Assembly: GCA_005880945.1 (NCBI GenBank) | Contig: VBIU01000082.1 | Coordinates: forward strand, 1,505-65,504 | Reading direction: 5' to 3' | DNA: 64,000 nt | Origin: Chloroflexota bacterium | Lineage (GTDB): Bacteria > Chloroflexota > Dormibacteria > Dormibacterales > Dormibacteraceae | In this document: positions 17,254 to 27,895 of the stretch, piece after piece | How the letters are laid out: every line of letters begins with the position of its first letter | Numbering within the stretch: the first letter of the stretch is position 1 | Notes under the pieces: generated by a model | Database searches by the model: none | What the model was told of the DNA's origin: nothing | The model's input: only the letters and a program-made list of their open reading frames with translations | Made by a program: the position numbers and the translations under genes

Positions 17254-18444
17254 TCACGCAATTGGCGCCCCTCCGCGCCACACTCGACGAGGTTTTAGAC
17301 CGTAAGCCCAAGCGAATGCGCCCTCGTGCTCAGCGTCCCAAAGCACGAGGTCAGCAAGCATTGCCGGAGCTACGGCGCCACGGTCCGAACGCGACAGTGA
17401 GAGAGCGCCGCCGACCGTCGCTGCGATCAACGCTTGCTCCGCCGACATCTTGAAGACGCCAACCGCGAGTGCGACGACAAGGCTCATGCTCGTGATGCCA
17501 CTCGTGCCCGGGTTGTGATCCGTGCCGAGCGCAATCGCTGCGCCGGACGCGACCAGCTCTTTCACGGGCGGCAACTTTCCGATTGAAAGGGCGGTGCCCG
17601 GCGCGAGAGTGGCGACGACGCCGGCGCGTGCGAGGGCGACGGCGTCGCCGCGATTGGCGCACAGAAGATGGTCCGCGGAAACTGCGTGCAGCTCAGCGGC
17701 GAGGCGTGATCCGCCAGTGCGGGCGAGCTCGTCCGCGTGGATTCGCGGAATCAGCTTCGCGTCCAGCGCGGCCTTGAGGATGCGTCGCGATTGGTCGACG
17801 CTGAAATATCCCTGGTCGCAGAAGACGTCGCAGAAGCGAGCGCCCGCCTGGTTTGCCTCGGCGCACCATCCGGCCACATCCTTGGCGTACTTGCCAAACT
17901 TGGCGCCCCGGTCCGGAGGAAGGGCGTGCGCGGCGAGGAAGGTGACCTCGACTCGCGGCAGGTCCGTGCGCTGACCAAGGCGGCTGAGAATGCGCGCTGC
18001 CTCCAGCTCCCCGTAATGCTCGAGGTGATACCCCGTTTTCGCTTCCACCGTCGTCGCTCCGCCGTCGAACCACAGCCGCAGCCGTTGCGCGGTCGCCTCC
18101 TCTAGAGCTTCGATGGGCGTCTCGCGAGTCGCCTTGACAGTTGCACGGATGCCGCCGCCCGACTTGGCGACGTTGGCGTATGAGGCGCCGGCCGTTCGCA
18201 TCGCCACCTCTGCCATGCGGTCGCCCGCATAGACGGGATGGGTGTGCGCATCGATCAGGCCTGCCGTCACCAGCCCTCCGCCGCAATCCTCGTCCTCGCT
18301 CACATAACCCATGAGCTCGATGGGCTCGTCGCCTTCGCGCCCGCACCAGGCGATGCGTTCGTCATCGACGACCACCGAGGCACGTTCGACGACCCCCGCG
18401 GGCGTGCCCGTGAACAGCCGCCCGATGTTGGTCAGCCGCCTCAT
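17254..18444 (-). CDS. hutI: Imidazolonepropionase
   Basis: ORF trimmed to ATG 18444, which overlaps the hutF stop (ATGA). GLIDAHTHPVYAG, DVFCDQGYFS, HADELA and GTDHNPGTS motifs. Confidence 0.9.
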   Translation of the reverse strand: MRRLTNIGRLFTGTPAGVVERASVVVDDERIAWCGREGDEPIELMGYVSEDEDCGGGLVTAGLIDAHTHPVYAGDRMAEVAMRTAGASYANVAKSGGGIRATVKATRETPIEALEEATAQRLRLWFDGGATTVEAKTGYHLEHYGELEAARILSRLGQRTDLPRVEVTFLAAHALPPDRGAKFGKYAKDVAGWCAEANQAGARFCDVFCDQGYFSVDQSRRILKAALDAKLIPRIHADELARTGGSRLAAELHAVSADHLLCANRGDAVALARAGVVATLAPGTALSIGKLPPVKELVASGAAIALGTDHNPGTSGITSMSLVVALAVGVFKMSAEQALIAATVGGALSLSRSDRGAVAPAMLADLVLWDAEHEGAFAWAYGLKPRRVWRGGAPIA

Positions 18445-19676
18445 CTCGAGACCACCGTCGTTCCGCCGACGACCACGTTGCTCACGTCGCGCGCCGAACG
18501 ACAAAACATCAAGTAACCGAGGTCGAGATTGGCCTTTGCGGCGACGTTTGGCGGGTCGATCGTGATGAAGTCCGCGAGCATCCCCGCTTTCAGCTCGCCG
18601 GCCTCCCACCCCAATGAGCGCATGCCGCCGATGGTCGCGGCGCGAAACAGATCGTCTGGTTGATGATGCACGCGGCGTCCGGTGGCTCGACGCTGGTCGA
18701 GCTCCAGCCCTCGCGCCTCCTCGAACATGTCGATGACCGCGTTTGAGTCGCTCCCGACGCAAATCGGGCTGCCCGCAGCCGCCAGGCGACCAAGGGGGCC
18801 GACACGATCGCCGAGGTCCCTTTCACTCGTCGTGCAAGCGGCAATCGATACCTCGTGCCCGCCCAACAGCGCGATATCCGCATCGTCGACGTGGATGGCG
18901 TGAACTGCAGTCAGATCATGACCGAGGATTCCCTCGCGTTCGAGGAGCTGGGTTGGCGTGCAGCCCGCAATCGCAACGCACTGATCAACCTCGGCTTGCT
19001 GTTCCGCCAGGTGGATGTGCAGCGGCGCGTTTCGCTTGCGCGCCCACTCCGCCACGATCCGCATCGACGGTGGGTCGACAGCTCGCACACTGTGAATCGC
19101 AGCTCCAACACGCACGCCATCCCGACCCGAGAACCCATCCATTCGCGCCGCCCAGCTGTCGGCATCGCCGTCTGAGAACGACTTCTGAGCGCCTTCGAGC
19201 CGGCGGCCGTCCAGGCCGCCTCGCAGGTAGCACGCGTCAATCAACGTGACGCGGATCCCCTCCTCGATCGCCGCTTGCGTGACGGCTTCACCCAGCTCAT
19301 TGCCCAAACCGTGCAGGTAGTGGAACTCACCCACGGCGGTGATTCCCGCCTGAAGCATCTCGCGAAAAACCGCGCGGCAGTGTCCCAGATAGCTTGCCGA
19401 TGTCCAGCCCTCGGCGGCCCGGTACATCTTCGTCCGCCATTCCCAGAAGTCGCCGCCTCCCGACTCCATCTGTCCGCGCATGGAGTGCTGGAACGCATGG
19501 CTGTGCACGTTGGCGAGCCCAGGTATCGTCCAGCCGCGCAGCTTGGTGGCGCCGCTGGGCGCCGGCACGCCTTCGCTCATGGCCTTGATGCGTCCATCCG
19601 CGACCTCGATCAGCACGTCATCGGCTCGATGTCCGACCCACGCCTGTTCGGCGTGCCAGAGACCGGAGCCGTTCAC
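18441..19676 (-). CDS. hutF: Formimidoylglutamate deiminase
   Basis: [18 protein letters not shown]...[10 protein letters not shown]...VGEFHYLH pattern characteristic of HutF. Overlaps the hutU stop. Confidence 0.85.
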   Translation of the reverse strand: MNGSGLWHAEQAWVGHRADDVLIEVADGRIKAMSEGVPAPSGATKLRGWTIPGLANVHSHAFQHSMRGQMESGGGDFWEWRTKMYRAAEGWTSASYLGHCRAVFREMLQAGITAVGEFHYLHGLGNELGEAVTQAAIEEGIRVTLIDACYLRGGLDGRRLEGAQKSFSDGDADSWAARMDGFSGRDGVRVGAAIHSVRAVDPPSMRIVAEWARKRNAPLHIHLAEQQAEVDQCVAIAGCTPTQLLEREGILGHDLTAVHAIHVDDADIALLGGHEVSIAACTTSERDLGDRVGPLGRLAAAGSPICVGSDSNAVIDMFEEARGLELDQRRATGRRVHHQPDDLFRAATIGGMRSLGWEAGELKAGMLADFITIDPPNVAAKANLDLGYLMFCRSARDVSNVVVGGTTVVSR

Positions 19677-21319
19677 CGGCTCATCGGGATGTGGACGCCA
19701 CGCTCGTTCGCGACATCGATCGCGCGCTGGTAGCCGGCGTCGGCATGCCGCATGACGCCGGTCCCGGGGTCGTTCGTGAGGACGCGCTCGAGCTTTCGCG
19801 CCGCCTCATCGGTGCCATCCGCAACGACCACCATCCCCGCATGGATCGAACGGCCGATGCCGACCCCCCCGCCATGGTGGACGCTCACCCAGGAGGCACC
19901 GCTCGACGTGTTCAGCAGGGCATTCAGGATCGGCCAGTCGGCGATCGCATCTGAGCCGTCGAGCATCGCCTCCGTCTCGCGGTAAGGAGATGCGACCGAG
20001 CCCGAGTCGAGATGGTCGCGACCGATCACGATCGGCGCTTTGACGGCGCCAGACCGGACAAGCTCGTTGAAAAGCAGACCAGCGCGCGAACGCTCGCCGT
20101 AACCGAGCCAGCAGATACGGGCCGGCAAGCCCTGGAAGCTGACCCGCTCGCCGGCAGCGGTGATCCAGCGCACTAACGCCGCGTCGTCTGAGAATTCCTC
20201 GACGATTGCGCGATCCGTGACCGCGATGTCGGCCGGATCGCCCGATAGAGCAGCCCACCGGAACGGGCCTTTGCCCTCGCAGAAAAGCGGCCTGATGTAC
20301 GCGGGCACGAAACCCGGGAACTCGAACGCGCGCTCGGAGCCCCCCAGCCGAGCCTCCGCGCGCAGGCTGTTGCCGTAATCGAACACCTCCGCGCCATGGT
20401 CGAGAAAATCGACCATCGCATCGACGTGACGGGCCATGCTCTCGCGAGCGCGCTTCACGTACACCACGGGATCGTCGAGCCGGAGCTCCTGCGCGTCCTC
20501 GGGGCTTAGCCCCGCCGGGATGTAGCTCAGCGGATCGTGCGCCGGGGTCTGGTCGGTGACGATGTCGACGTCGAAACCGCGGGCCGCCAGCGCCGGCAGC
20601 ACTTCAGCCGCGTTGCCGTGCAATCCGATGGATAGAGCGCGCTTCGCGATCTTCGCCTCTGTCGCCAGCTGCAGCGCGTGCTCGAGGTTGTCAGCGCGAG
20701 CGTCCAGGTAGCGGTGCTCGAGGCGGCGCTTGATGCGCTCGTCATCCGCCTCGACGCAGATCGCGACGCCGCCGTTGAGGGCGATCGCCAGCGGCTGCGC
20801 GCCGCCCATGCCGCCGAGGCCCGCGGTCAGGGTGACGGTCCCAGCCAGCGACCCATGAAATCGTTTTCGGGCGATTGCGGCGAAAGTTTCGTAGGTGCCC
20901 TGCAGGATGCCCTGCGTGCCGATGTAGATCCAGGAGCCCGCCGTCATCTGCCCGTACATCGTCAGCCCGAGGGCCTCGAGGCGCCGGAACTCGTCCCACG
21001 TCGCCCACTCCGGCACGAGCATCGAGTTGGAGATGAGTACCCGCGGCGCCCATTCGTGAGTGTCGAAAACCCCAACCGGCTTACCTGACTGAACCAGGAG
21101 CGTCTGGTCGCCTTTCAACACTGTGAGCTCGCGAACGATGGCGTCGAAGGCTTCCCACGACCGCGCCGCCCGGCCGGTGCCGCCATAGACGACGAGATCT
21201 TCGGGCCGCTCGGCGACCTCGGGGTCCAGGTTGTTCATCAGCATTCGCATCGCGGCTTCCTGCGCCCACCCCAGACAGGTGAGCGTTGAACCGCGTGGAG
21301 CGCGAACGGTTCGGGTCAT
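19673..21319 (-). CDS. hutU: Urocanate hydratase
   Basis: ORF trimmed to ATG 21319, which overlaps the hutH stop (ATGA). [33 protein letters not shown] and [12 protein letters not shown] motifs. Confidence 0.95.
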   Translation of the reverse strand: MTRTVRAPRGSTLTCLGWAQEAAMRMLMNNLDPEVAERPEDLVVYGGTGRAARSWEAFDAIVRELTVLKGDQTLLVQSGKPVGVFDTHEWAPRVLISNSMLVPEWATWDEFRRLEALGLTMYGQMTAGSWIYIGTQGILQGTYETFAAIARKRFHGSLAGTVTLTAGLGGMGGAQPLAIALNGGVAICVEADDERIKRRLEHRYLDARADNLEHALQLATEAKIAKRALSIGLHGNAAEVLPALAARGFDVDIVTDQTPAHDPLSYIPAGLSPEDAQELRLDDPVVYVKRARESMARHVDAMVDFLDHGAEVFDYGNSLRAEARLGGSERAFEFPGFVPAYIRPLFCEGKGPFRWAALSGDPADIAVTDRAIVEEFSDDAALVRWITAAGERVSFQGLPARICWLGYGERSRAGLLFNELVRSGAVKAPIVIGRDHLDSGSVASPYRETEAMLDGSDAIADWPILNALLNTSSGASWVSVHHGGGVGIGRSIHAGMVVVADGTDEAARKLERVLTNDPGTGVMRHADAGYQRAIDVANERGVHIPMSR

Positions 21320-22848
21320 CTCAGCCTGCCGATCACCGCCTCGGCCGCCTCGACCACCGCGCCGCTCCGCACGAGAGCTTCGGCGGCCGCCAGCTCTGGA
21401 GACAGGACTCGGTCCGGGCCCGGGCCGCCGACGTGCTTGCGCACGAGGTCGCGAACCGCGGCCGTCGCCGGCGCCGGCTTCAGCGGGGCGCGGAGGTCGA
21501 GCGCGCGAGAGGCGGCCGTCAATTCGACGGCAAGGATGTGAGTCAGGTTGTCGAGCACCGCGCGGAGCTTCAAGGCTGCGCCCCAACCCATCGAGACGTG
21601 GTCCTCCTGCATCCCGGAGGTCGGGATGGAGTCGACGCTGGCGGGCGCGGCCAAGCGCCGGTTCTCCGCCACCAGGGCGGCTGCCGTGTACTGAGCGACC
21701 ATCAGGCCGGAGTTGACCCCCGGCTCTTCGGCCAGGAAAGGCGGCAAGCCCTCAGAGCGGTGGGGATCCAGAAGCCGATCGAGCCGGCGCTCGGAAATCG
21801 ACCCGACCTCAGCGGCCGCGATGGCCAGGAAGTCGGCGGCGAATGCCAGAGGCTCTCCGTGAAAGTTGCCGGTGGACTCGACATCGCCGTTTTCGAGCAC
21901 GACGGGGTTGTCGACCACCGACGCAAGCTCGATGGCAGCGGTGCGGCGCGCAAAATCGAGGGTGTCGCGCGCGGCGCCCGCCACCTGCGGGCTGCACCGG
22001 ACCGAGTACGAGTCCTGGACCGCGTGGTGCGAACGGCGGTGTGACGACACGATTCCCGAGCCGCTGAGCAGCTTGGCGAGGTTGGCGGCGCTCGCCACCT
22101 GGCCGGCGTGGGGTCGGATCTCGTGCAGCTGCGCCTGGAAAGTGCGGTCGGTGCCCAGCAGCGCTTCCGCGGACATGGCCGCGGTGATGTCCGCCGTCCG
22201 GAAGCAGCGCTCGGCGTCGGCGCACGCGAGCGCGAGCATGCCCAGCATGCCGTCGGTCCCGTTGATAAGGGACAAGCCCTCCTTCGTTTCGAGCTTCAAC
22301 GGCTTCAGCTTTGCCGCCTTGAGAGCCTGAAGGGCAGGCCTCGTGGCGCCGTCGGCATCGGTGACCTCGCCTTCGCCGACCAGGGCCAGCGCGATGTGGG
22401 CCAATGGGGCGAGGTCTCCACTGCAGCCGACCGAGCCGTGCCTCGGCACAACCGGAGTGATCCGAGAGTTGAGCAGGGCGATCAACGCTTCGGCCAGGAC
22501 CGGCCGGACCCCCGAGAGACCCATGGAAAGAGTTCGCGCCCTCAGCAGCATGGTCGCGCGGACCACCTCGTTCTCGACCGGTTGGCCCATGCCGGCCGCA
22601 TGGGAGCGGATCAGCGCCAGCTGGAGCTCGGGCTGCCGGAGCGGGGCCACCCTGGTGCCGGCCAGGGCGCCGAAACCTGTCGAAACCCCGTAGACGGGCT
22701 CGCGTGAGGCCGCAGCACGCTCGACGCGCGTCCTGCTGCGCTCCATCCGGGCTCGCGCCGAAGCCGACAGGGCGACCTGCTCGCCGTGACGAGCCACGGC
22801 CACGACCTGCTCCTCGCCCAGGCCGGCGCCCCGCAACGTGACTGTCAC
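21316..22848 (-). CDS. hutH: Histidine ammonia-lyase
   Basis: [12 protein letters not shown] and [14 protein letters not shown] (MIO region, with Cys-Ser-Gly in place of Ala-Ser-Gly). GTG start. Confidence 0.95.
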   Translation of the reverse strand: MTVTLRGAGLGEEQVVAVARHGEQVALSASARARMERSRTRVERAAASREPVYGVSTGFGALAGTRVAPLRQPELQLALIRSHAAGMGQPVENEVVRATMLLRARTLSMGLSGVRPVLAEALIALLNSRITPVVPRHGSVGCSGDLAPLAHIALALVGEGEVTDADGATRPALQALKAAKLKPLKLETKEGLSLINGTDGMLGMLALACADAERCFRTADITAAMSAEALLGTDRTFQAQLHEIRPHAGQVASAANLAKLLSGSGIVSSHRRSHHAVQDSYSVRCSPQVAGAARDTLDFARRTAAIELASVVDNPVVLENGDVESTGNFHGEPLAFAADFLAIAAAEVGSISERRLDRLLDPHRSEGLPPFLAEEPGVNSGLMVAQYTAAALVAENRRLAAPASVDSIPTSGMQEDHVSMGWGAALKLRAVLDNLTHILAVELTAASRALDLRAPLKPAPATAAVRDLVRKHVGGPGPDRVLSPELAAAEALVRSGAVVEAAEAVIGRLR

Positions 22849-22858
22849 AGGTGGAAGG

Positions 22859-23614
22859 CTAGCGACTCACTGTCCGCGCCGGGCTGGCGGCACCTCCTCC
22901 CCTGCGGGGAGAGGGCTGGGTAGCGGGGCGTAAGCGGGCAATGTTCTTGATCGCCTCTCGCCGGCTCAAGCCGCTCATCCGAGCTGCGTTCGCCGCGACG
23001 TAGAGGGCTACCTCATCGGGATCCGTCCACGCGTAAGACCTGAGCGCCCAGCCGATGGCCTTGCGGATGAAGAAGTTGCGTTCTGCGAGGTTGGGATCGA
23101 TGTTGGCGTAGAGGAGATCGAGGTCGGTGTCCTTCTTGAATGAGATCTGGCAGATGATCGAGACCCGTCTCTTCCACATGTCTTTGTCGGTGCTCCAGGC
23201 GCGCATCACCGGCCGCATCTCATCCGGATGGGCGCGAAGGAGATCGCCGACGAGATGCGCGATCCCATCGACGTAGTCCCACCACGCTCCAGTCACGATC
23301 ATCTCTTCATATAGCGGCAGCACGTCCGGCCTGCGGCAGTCTCGATGAAGCCGGTGAGCGAGCAGCTCGATGGCGGCATACCGCTCCTCGCGAAACCTCG
23401 CTCCGCGCCAAAGGTCGAGGACGGCCGCGTGCCATTCCTCGCAGGATGCGAGCGGGTGGCCGGCGAAGACGCGCCTGGAGATGGCTCTCATGTCCGGCGC
23501 GGTGATACCTCGGTATGGCATCTCGGATTTCATGTACGCCTGCATGCCCGGAGCGCGCCCCGGATTCGCACCGGCCTCCAGGGCAGATCTCATCGCATTC
23601 CCGAGCGCGGTCAT
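22859..23614 (-). CDS. DNA alkylation repair protein (AlkD/AlkC-like HEAT-repeat family)
   Basis: MQAYMKSEMPYRGI, GAWWDYVD, WKRRVSIICQ and FIRKAIGWALR motifs. The last ~24 codons are encoded by a REP-like repeat, so the true C-terminus is uncertain. Confidence 0.75.
   Translation of the reverse strand: MTALGNAMRSALEAGANPGRAPGMQAYMKSEMPYRGITAPDMRAISRRVFAGHPLASCEEWHAAVLDLWRGARFREERYAAIELLAHRLHRDCRRPDVLPLYEEMIVTGAWWDYVDGIAHLVGDLLRAHPDEMRPVMRAWSTDKDMWKRRVSIICQISFKKDTDLDLLYANIDPNLAERNFFIRKAIGWALRSYAWTDPDEVALYVAANAARMSGLSRREAIKNIARLRPATQPSPRRGGGAASPARTVSR
22893..22930. repeat. REP-like hairpin repeat, copy 3 (family also at 56504-56594)
   Basis: CCTCCTCCCC-TGC-GGGGAGAGGG followed by CTGGGTAGCGGGGCG. 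Compare CCCTCTCCCC-loop-GGGGAGAGGG-TCGGGGAGCGG(A/G)GCG at 56.5 kb. Confidence 0.6.
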
Positions 23615-24072
23615 GGCGCCGGGATGTATCGCGCGCCGACCGGCGAACCGTCTTCAGCCTCGACCACCCAGGTCGAGCCTTTGTCGAGCTCCGTCTGAGA
23701 CGCCTTTAGGATGCGCCGCCGGATCAGCTCTTCGACCAGCTCCTGCACCACGTCGCCGTGCGTGCACAGGACGACGTCGTCCAGGTTTGGGTCGCCGAGG
23801 AATCGTAACGCTCCCTTCAACCCGGCGCCCTCGGCCAGCTGCCGGGTCTCCTGCACCGCCAACCTCCGCGCCCGGGCCAGGGGTTCGACGGTCTGGACGC
23901 ACCGAACGTACGGGCTCGAGATGATGGCCGAGATCGCGTACGGCCCCATTACCGACACCAGCGCCTCGGCCTGTTTGAAACCGCTCTTGCTGAGTGGGCG
24001 CTTGCGATCGTCGTCCTCCCAATGACTGCGACTGCCGGCCTTGGCGTGCCGCACCACATAGAACGTCGACAT
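23611..24072 (-). CDS. sixA: Histidine phosphatase family protein (SixA-like phosphohistidine phosphatase)
   Basis: FYVVRHAKAG...RPLSKSGFKQAEAL and CTHGDV motifs. The stop overlaps the next start (ATGA). Confidence 0.75.
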   Translation of the reverse strand: MSTFYVVRHAKAGSRSHWEDDDRKRPLSKSGFKQAEALVSVMGPYAISAIISSPYVRCVQTVEPLARARRLAVQETRQLAEGAGLKGALRFLGDPNLDDVVLCTHGDVVQELVEELIRRRILKASQTELDKGSTWVVEAEDGSPVGARYIPAP

Positions 24073-24088
24073 TCAGCTTGTCAACGCG

Positions 24089-25594
24089 TCAGGGCATCCA
24101 ATCGCGCAGGCTCTTGCGACCGAGAGATTTCCAGACCTTCGGCCATTTCTTGCGGGCGTCTTCGGCGGCGAGGTGCTCCACGGCGATCAGCTCTCCCGCC
24201 ACGAATGCGCGGCGGCCGCTGATACGAGTCCCGCGAAGCCAGGCCTGAGCCGTGACGCTGTCCTGGTGCTCGCCGAGAATGGTCTGAAGCTTGGCCGCGT
24301 ACCGGGCGAACGATGTGGCGCCTGCACCGACGACAGGCGCGACGGCTTCAGCTGCGTAACGCGCGCGTTTGGCCAGGATCCGGATGCGATGCAGGTCGGC
24401 GTCTGCCGGCGGATCGGGCAGATTCTTGACTGCGGAGCGGAGGCGGCGCCAAGGACCGGTGGCGAGCAGGGGAAGCACGGACGAAGCGGGCTGATCGGCC
24501 TCCGGCAATGCGGCCGGCGCGTGCGCCGCATCGACGAGCCTCTCCAGGAGATCCACGTAGCGGGTGGAGTCCAGGTCGGCGAGCAGCTTCTTACGAAGGC
24601 CTTCGATCTCCACCTCCAGCAGGTGAAGGACGCCGACCGCGGACCGCAGGTCGTTGGCCGGGAGCGACTTCGCCCGCTCGCGCAGCCGCTCGAGCAGCAC
24701 CTCCTTGTCTCGCACGGCGCCAAGGCCGAGCGCCAGCCAGCCGAGCTCGGATCGCAGCGGGTCGATCCATTCCGGGTCGAGCAGCGGCCCGAAGGTTCTT
24801 AGATGCGACCTCAGTTTTCGAGTCGCCACGCGCGCCTGGTGGACTGCCTCCGGATCGGGACTCGTCCGCACGAGCGGGTCGTGATAGAGCAGCGCTGCGA
24901 CGGATTGTGCGATGACGCTGCGGATCACGTCCCGCGCCGGCGAGGCTGGCTCGACGACCATCGGCGCCACCTCCGGCGGTTCCATCGCGCGAGGGCCCAG
25001 GGCCCTGATGTGCTTGGGAGTCGGGTCTGGAGCGCCCGCCCCCGCGGTGCGCAAGCGGGCCACCAGAGGCGCCACGATGCCGCTGCCGTTCTCTCCGCCT
25101 TGGGCGACCTCGACCTCGATCTCGCGGAAGCGAGCGGCGACTCGCCGACCGTCTCTTACCGACACCTCATCGTCGACGACCTCGGCCAGCGGCCTGCCCG
25201 AGCCGTCGAGCAACCTGACGCGCCGGCGGACCGTCGACAGCCGCGCGACCGGGATGAGCTGGGCCTTGCGGACGTATGCGCGCACGACTGCCACTGCCCC
25301 AGGGGGCGGCTTCTTTGCGCCACCCTGGAACGTGAGCTCGTCGCGTTCGAGGAGAGCTGGGTTCAAGCCGTCGCCCGATGCATGCCTCGGGGGGAGCTTG
25401 AGCGTCCACCCTTCGCCTGCCCTATGGCGCAAGGAGACCCCCCAGCGCGCGAGGCGGAGGTCGGGAGTGTCGTAGTAGACGGTCTCGAGCCGAACCGCCT
25501 CGGGAGGCGAGACCGTGACGCCGTCCACGACCCCGTTCAGGTCGGGGAGGTGAAACGCCGGTCCGGCGCCGAGCTTTACCTCACGCTCGAGCAT
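24089..25594 (-). CDS. CYTH-CHAD two-domain protein (triphosphate tunnel metalloenzyme plus polyphosphate-associated CHAD domain)
   Basis: N-terminal EREVKL (ExExK) CYTH signature. The C-terminal helical region with HQARVATRKLRSHLR and HRIRILAKRARYAAE is typical of CHAD. Confidence 0.8.
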   Translation of the reverse strand: MLEREVKLGAGPAFHLPDLNGVVDGVTVSPPEAVRLETVYYDTPDLRLARWGVSLRHRAGEGWTLKLPPRHASGDGLNPALLERDELTFQGGAKKPPPGAVAVVRAYVRKAQLIPVARLSTVRRRVRLLDGSGRPLAEVVDDEVSVRDGRRVAARFREIEVEVAQGGENGSGIVAPLVARLRTAGAGAPDPTPKHIRALGPRAMEPPEVAPMVVEPASPARDVIRSVIAQSVAALLYHDPLVRTSPDPEAVHQARVATRKLRSHLRTFGPLLDPEWIDPLRSELGWLALGLGAVRDKEVLLERLRERAKSLPANDLRSAVGVLHLLEVEIEGLRKKLLADLDSTRYVDLLERLVDAAHAPAALPEADQPASSVLPLLATGPWRRLRSAVKNLPDPPADADLHRIRILAKRARYAAEAVAPVVGAGATSFARYAAKLQTILGEHQDSVTAQAWLRGTRISGRRAFVAGELIAVEHLAAEDARKKWPKVWKSLGRKSLRDWMP

Positions 25595-27701
25595 GCGGGA
25601 CGCCGTTGACCACCCCGTTGCCGCGTGCGCTCTCTAGCGCGAGCTCCTGGAAGCGCCTGTGAGAGTTGAACCCGCGGACTGTGGGCACGCGCCGCCACGA
25701 CCCATCCGGGCAGAGCTCCCATGCAAGCACGTCATCGGCGAGCAATGTTTCGAAGATCTGCGACAGCCGCTCGCAGAGCTTGATGTCAGTCACTGGTACA
25801 ACCGCCTCCACGCGGCGGTCGAGGTTTCGCGGCATCAGGTCTGACGAACCCAGGTAGTACTCGGGTTCGGCATTGCCGAAGCTGAAGATGCGCGAGTGCT
25901 CGAGGAATCTTCCGACGATCGAGCGCACCCTGATGCGTTCCGACAGCCCGGGAACTCCAGGCCGTAGCGAGCACATGCTCCGCACGATGAGGTCGACCTG
26001 AGCGCCGGCCTGAGACGCGGCGTAAAGCGCGTCGATGATCTCGGGATCTACCAGGTTGTTGACCTTGATGATGATCCGGCCCCCGACCACGCTTTCGCGT
26101 TCTATGAGCTGCCTGATTCCCGAGCGCAGGCTCGTCGGCGCGACCAGCAGCTTGCGATAGCGATGCTGGCGGCTATAACCGGTCAGGAGGTTGAACAGCT
26201 CGGTGACGTCCGCGCCAAGGTCCGCGTCTGACGAGAGCAGGCTGACGTCCTCGTAAAGGTGGGCGGTGCTCGGGTTGTAGTTGCCGGTGCCGACGTGAAG
26301 GTAGTGCTGGATGTGCCGGCCCTCGCGCCTGACCACCAGGGTCACCTTGGCGTGGGTCTTCAACCCGACCAACCCGTACACCACGTGCACGTTGGCTTCC
26401 TCGAGGGCGCGGGCCCACGTGATGTTGGCCTGCTCGTCGCCGCGAGCCTTCAGCTCCACCAGCGCGACGACCTGCTTACCTGCCTCGGCGGCACGGATCA
26501 GCGCGCGCACGATTGGGCTTGCTGGGCCCGAGGTCCGGTACAGCGTCTGTTTGATCGCGAGCACGTTCGGGTCGCTCGCGGCGTGGTCGATGAACGCTTC
26601 GACCGACGTTGCGAAAGAGTCGTAGGGATGGTGCGCGAGCAGGTCGCCCGACCGCAGGACGGCGAACAGGTCTGGTACTTCGACGCCCAGGCCACGAAGT
26701 CGCGGTTGCGTGGTCGGAGTCCACGGCTCCTCTTTGAGGTCCGGGCGATCGAGCTGCGAGAGCACGACCAGGCTGCCGAGATCGAGCAGGCCTTTCGCCT
26801 GGTATACGTCGCTCGGCTGAAGCTCCAGCTCGCGCGTCAGAAGCTCGAGGACCTCGGCGGACATGCCCGGATCGACCTCGAGGCGCACCACGCGCGCGTG
26901 GCGCCGCCGGCGTCGAAGCTCCGTCTGGATCGCGGCAAGCAGGTCCTCGGCATCGCTGTCGATCTCGTCAAGGTCACCGTCGCGCGTGACGCGGAACGGG
27001 TGATGGGCGACGATCTCCATGCCCGGGAACAACGCCTGCATGTGCAGGGCGATGACGTCCTCGAGCGGCACGTAGCGGCGGCCTTCCACAAGTGGGATGA
27101 ACCGGGGCAGCACCGGCGGCACCTTGACCCGCGCGAACCGCTGCTGGTGGCGCTGAGGATCGCGGACCATGACCGCAAGGTTCAGCGACAGGTGCGAGAT
27201 GTATGGGAAGGGATGGCCCGGGTCGACCGCCAGGGGAGTGAGCACCGGAAAGATCTGCTGGCGGAAGACTGTGTGGAGCTGGCTCAGCTCTTTCTTGGTC
27301 ACCTCATCGGCGCGCACGATCACGATGCCCGCTTCTGCAAGCTCCGGAACGATGACTTCATTGAAGAGCGTGACCTGCCGGTCGACCAGGCTCTCGACAC
27401 GAGCCCGGATAGAGCGGAGCTGCTCCAGTGGGGACATGCCGTCGGGCGAAGCAGCCGCCACGGCCGCCAGGACCTGCTCCTTCAAGCCGGCGACCCGGAC
27501 CTGGAAGAAGTCGTCGAGGTTCTGGCTGAAGATCGCCAGGAAACGAACCCGCTCCAAAAGGGGCAGCTTGGGGTCCTCCGCCATGGCGAGGACACGCTCG
27601 TCGAAGTCGAGTCGGGACAGCTCCCGGTTGAGGTAGCGGGGCGCCTCCGGGACCGGATTCGGGCCTGCCTGATCCGAGTCCGTCTGGACCCCCACCACCA
27701 T
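25581..27701 (-). CDS. ppk: Polyphosphate kinase 1
   Basis: YLNRELSRLDFDERVL, RFLAIFSQNLDDFFQVR, two PLD-like HxK regions (KTHAKVTLVVR, RFLEHSRIF). Start is ATG 27701 or the upstream start at 27779. Confidence 0.9.
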   Translation of the reverse strand: MVVGVQTDSDQAGPNPVPEAPRYLNRELSRLDFDERVLAMAEDPKLPLLERVRFLAIFSQNLDDFFQVRVAGLKEQVLAAVAAASPDGMSPLEQLRSIRARVESLVDRQVTLFNEVIVPELAEAGIVIVRADEVTKKELSQLHTVFRQQIFPVLTPLAVDPGHPFPYISHLSLNLAVMVRDPQRHQQRFARVKVPPVLPRFIPLVEGRRYVPLEDVIALHMQALFPGMEIVAHHPFRVTRDGDLDEIDSDAEDLLAAIQTELRRRRRHARVVRLEVDPGMSAEVLELLTRELELQPSDVYQAKGLLDLGSLVVLSQLDRPDLKEEPWTPTTQPRLRGLGVEVPDLFAVLRSGDLLAHHPYDSFATSVEAFIDHAASDPNVLAIKQTLYRTSGPASPIVRALIRAAEAGKQVVALVELKARGDEQANITWARALEEANVHVVYGLVGLKTHAKVTLVVRREGRHIQHYLHVGTGNYNPSTAHLYEDVSLLSSDADLGADVTELFNLLTGYSRQHRYRKLLVAPTSLRSGIRQLIERESVVGGRIIIKVNNLVDPEIIDALYAASQAGAQVDLIVRSMCSLRPGVPGLSERIRVRSIVGRFLEHSRIFSFGNAEPEYYLGSSDLMPRNLDRRVEAVVPVTDIKLCERLSQIFETLLADDVLAWELCPDGSWRRVPTVRGFNSHRRFQELALESARGNGVVNGVPHARA

Positions 27702-27895
27702 GTCACGAACATTAGCGGTTGCCGACCGGAGGTAGGTTATCGGCCCGTTAACCTGCTCCCACCCCCGGCCGCCGGGCACCTTCGGCAGCGCGCCGGAAGG
27801 CCGCTTGCTAGCGATAATCTCCGCCTTTCCCGATCGGGACGCCTGTGCACCGCCCGAAGAGGTTGCCTGGCTACTGCAGGCCGTCTGGCAACACC

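Noticed and set aside
8337-22848. A functional link between tRNA-His and the histidine utilisation operon about 9 kb away.
   Set aside because: They are separated by several unrelated operons on both strands, so this is most likely coincidence.
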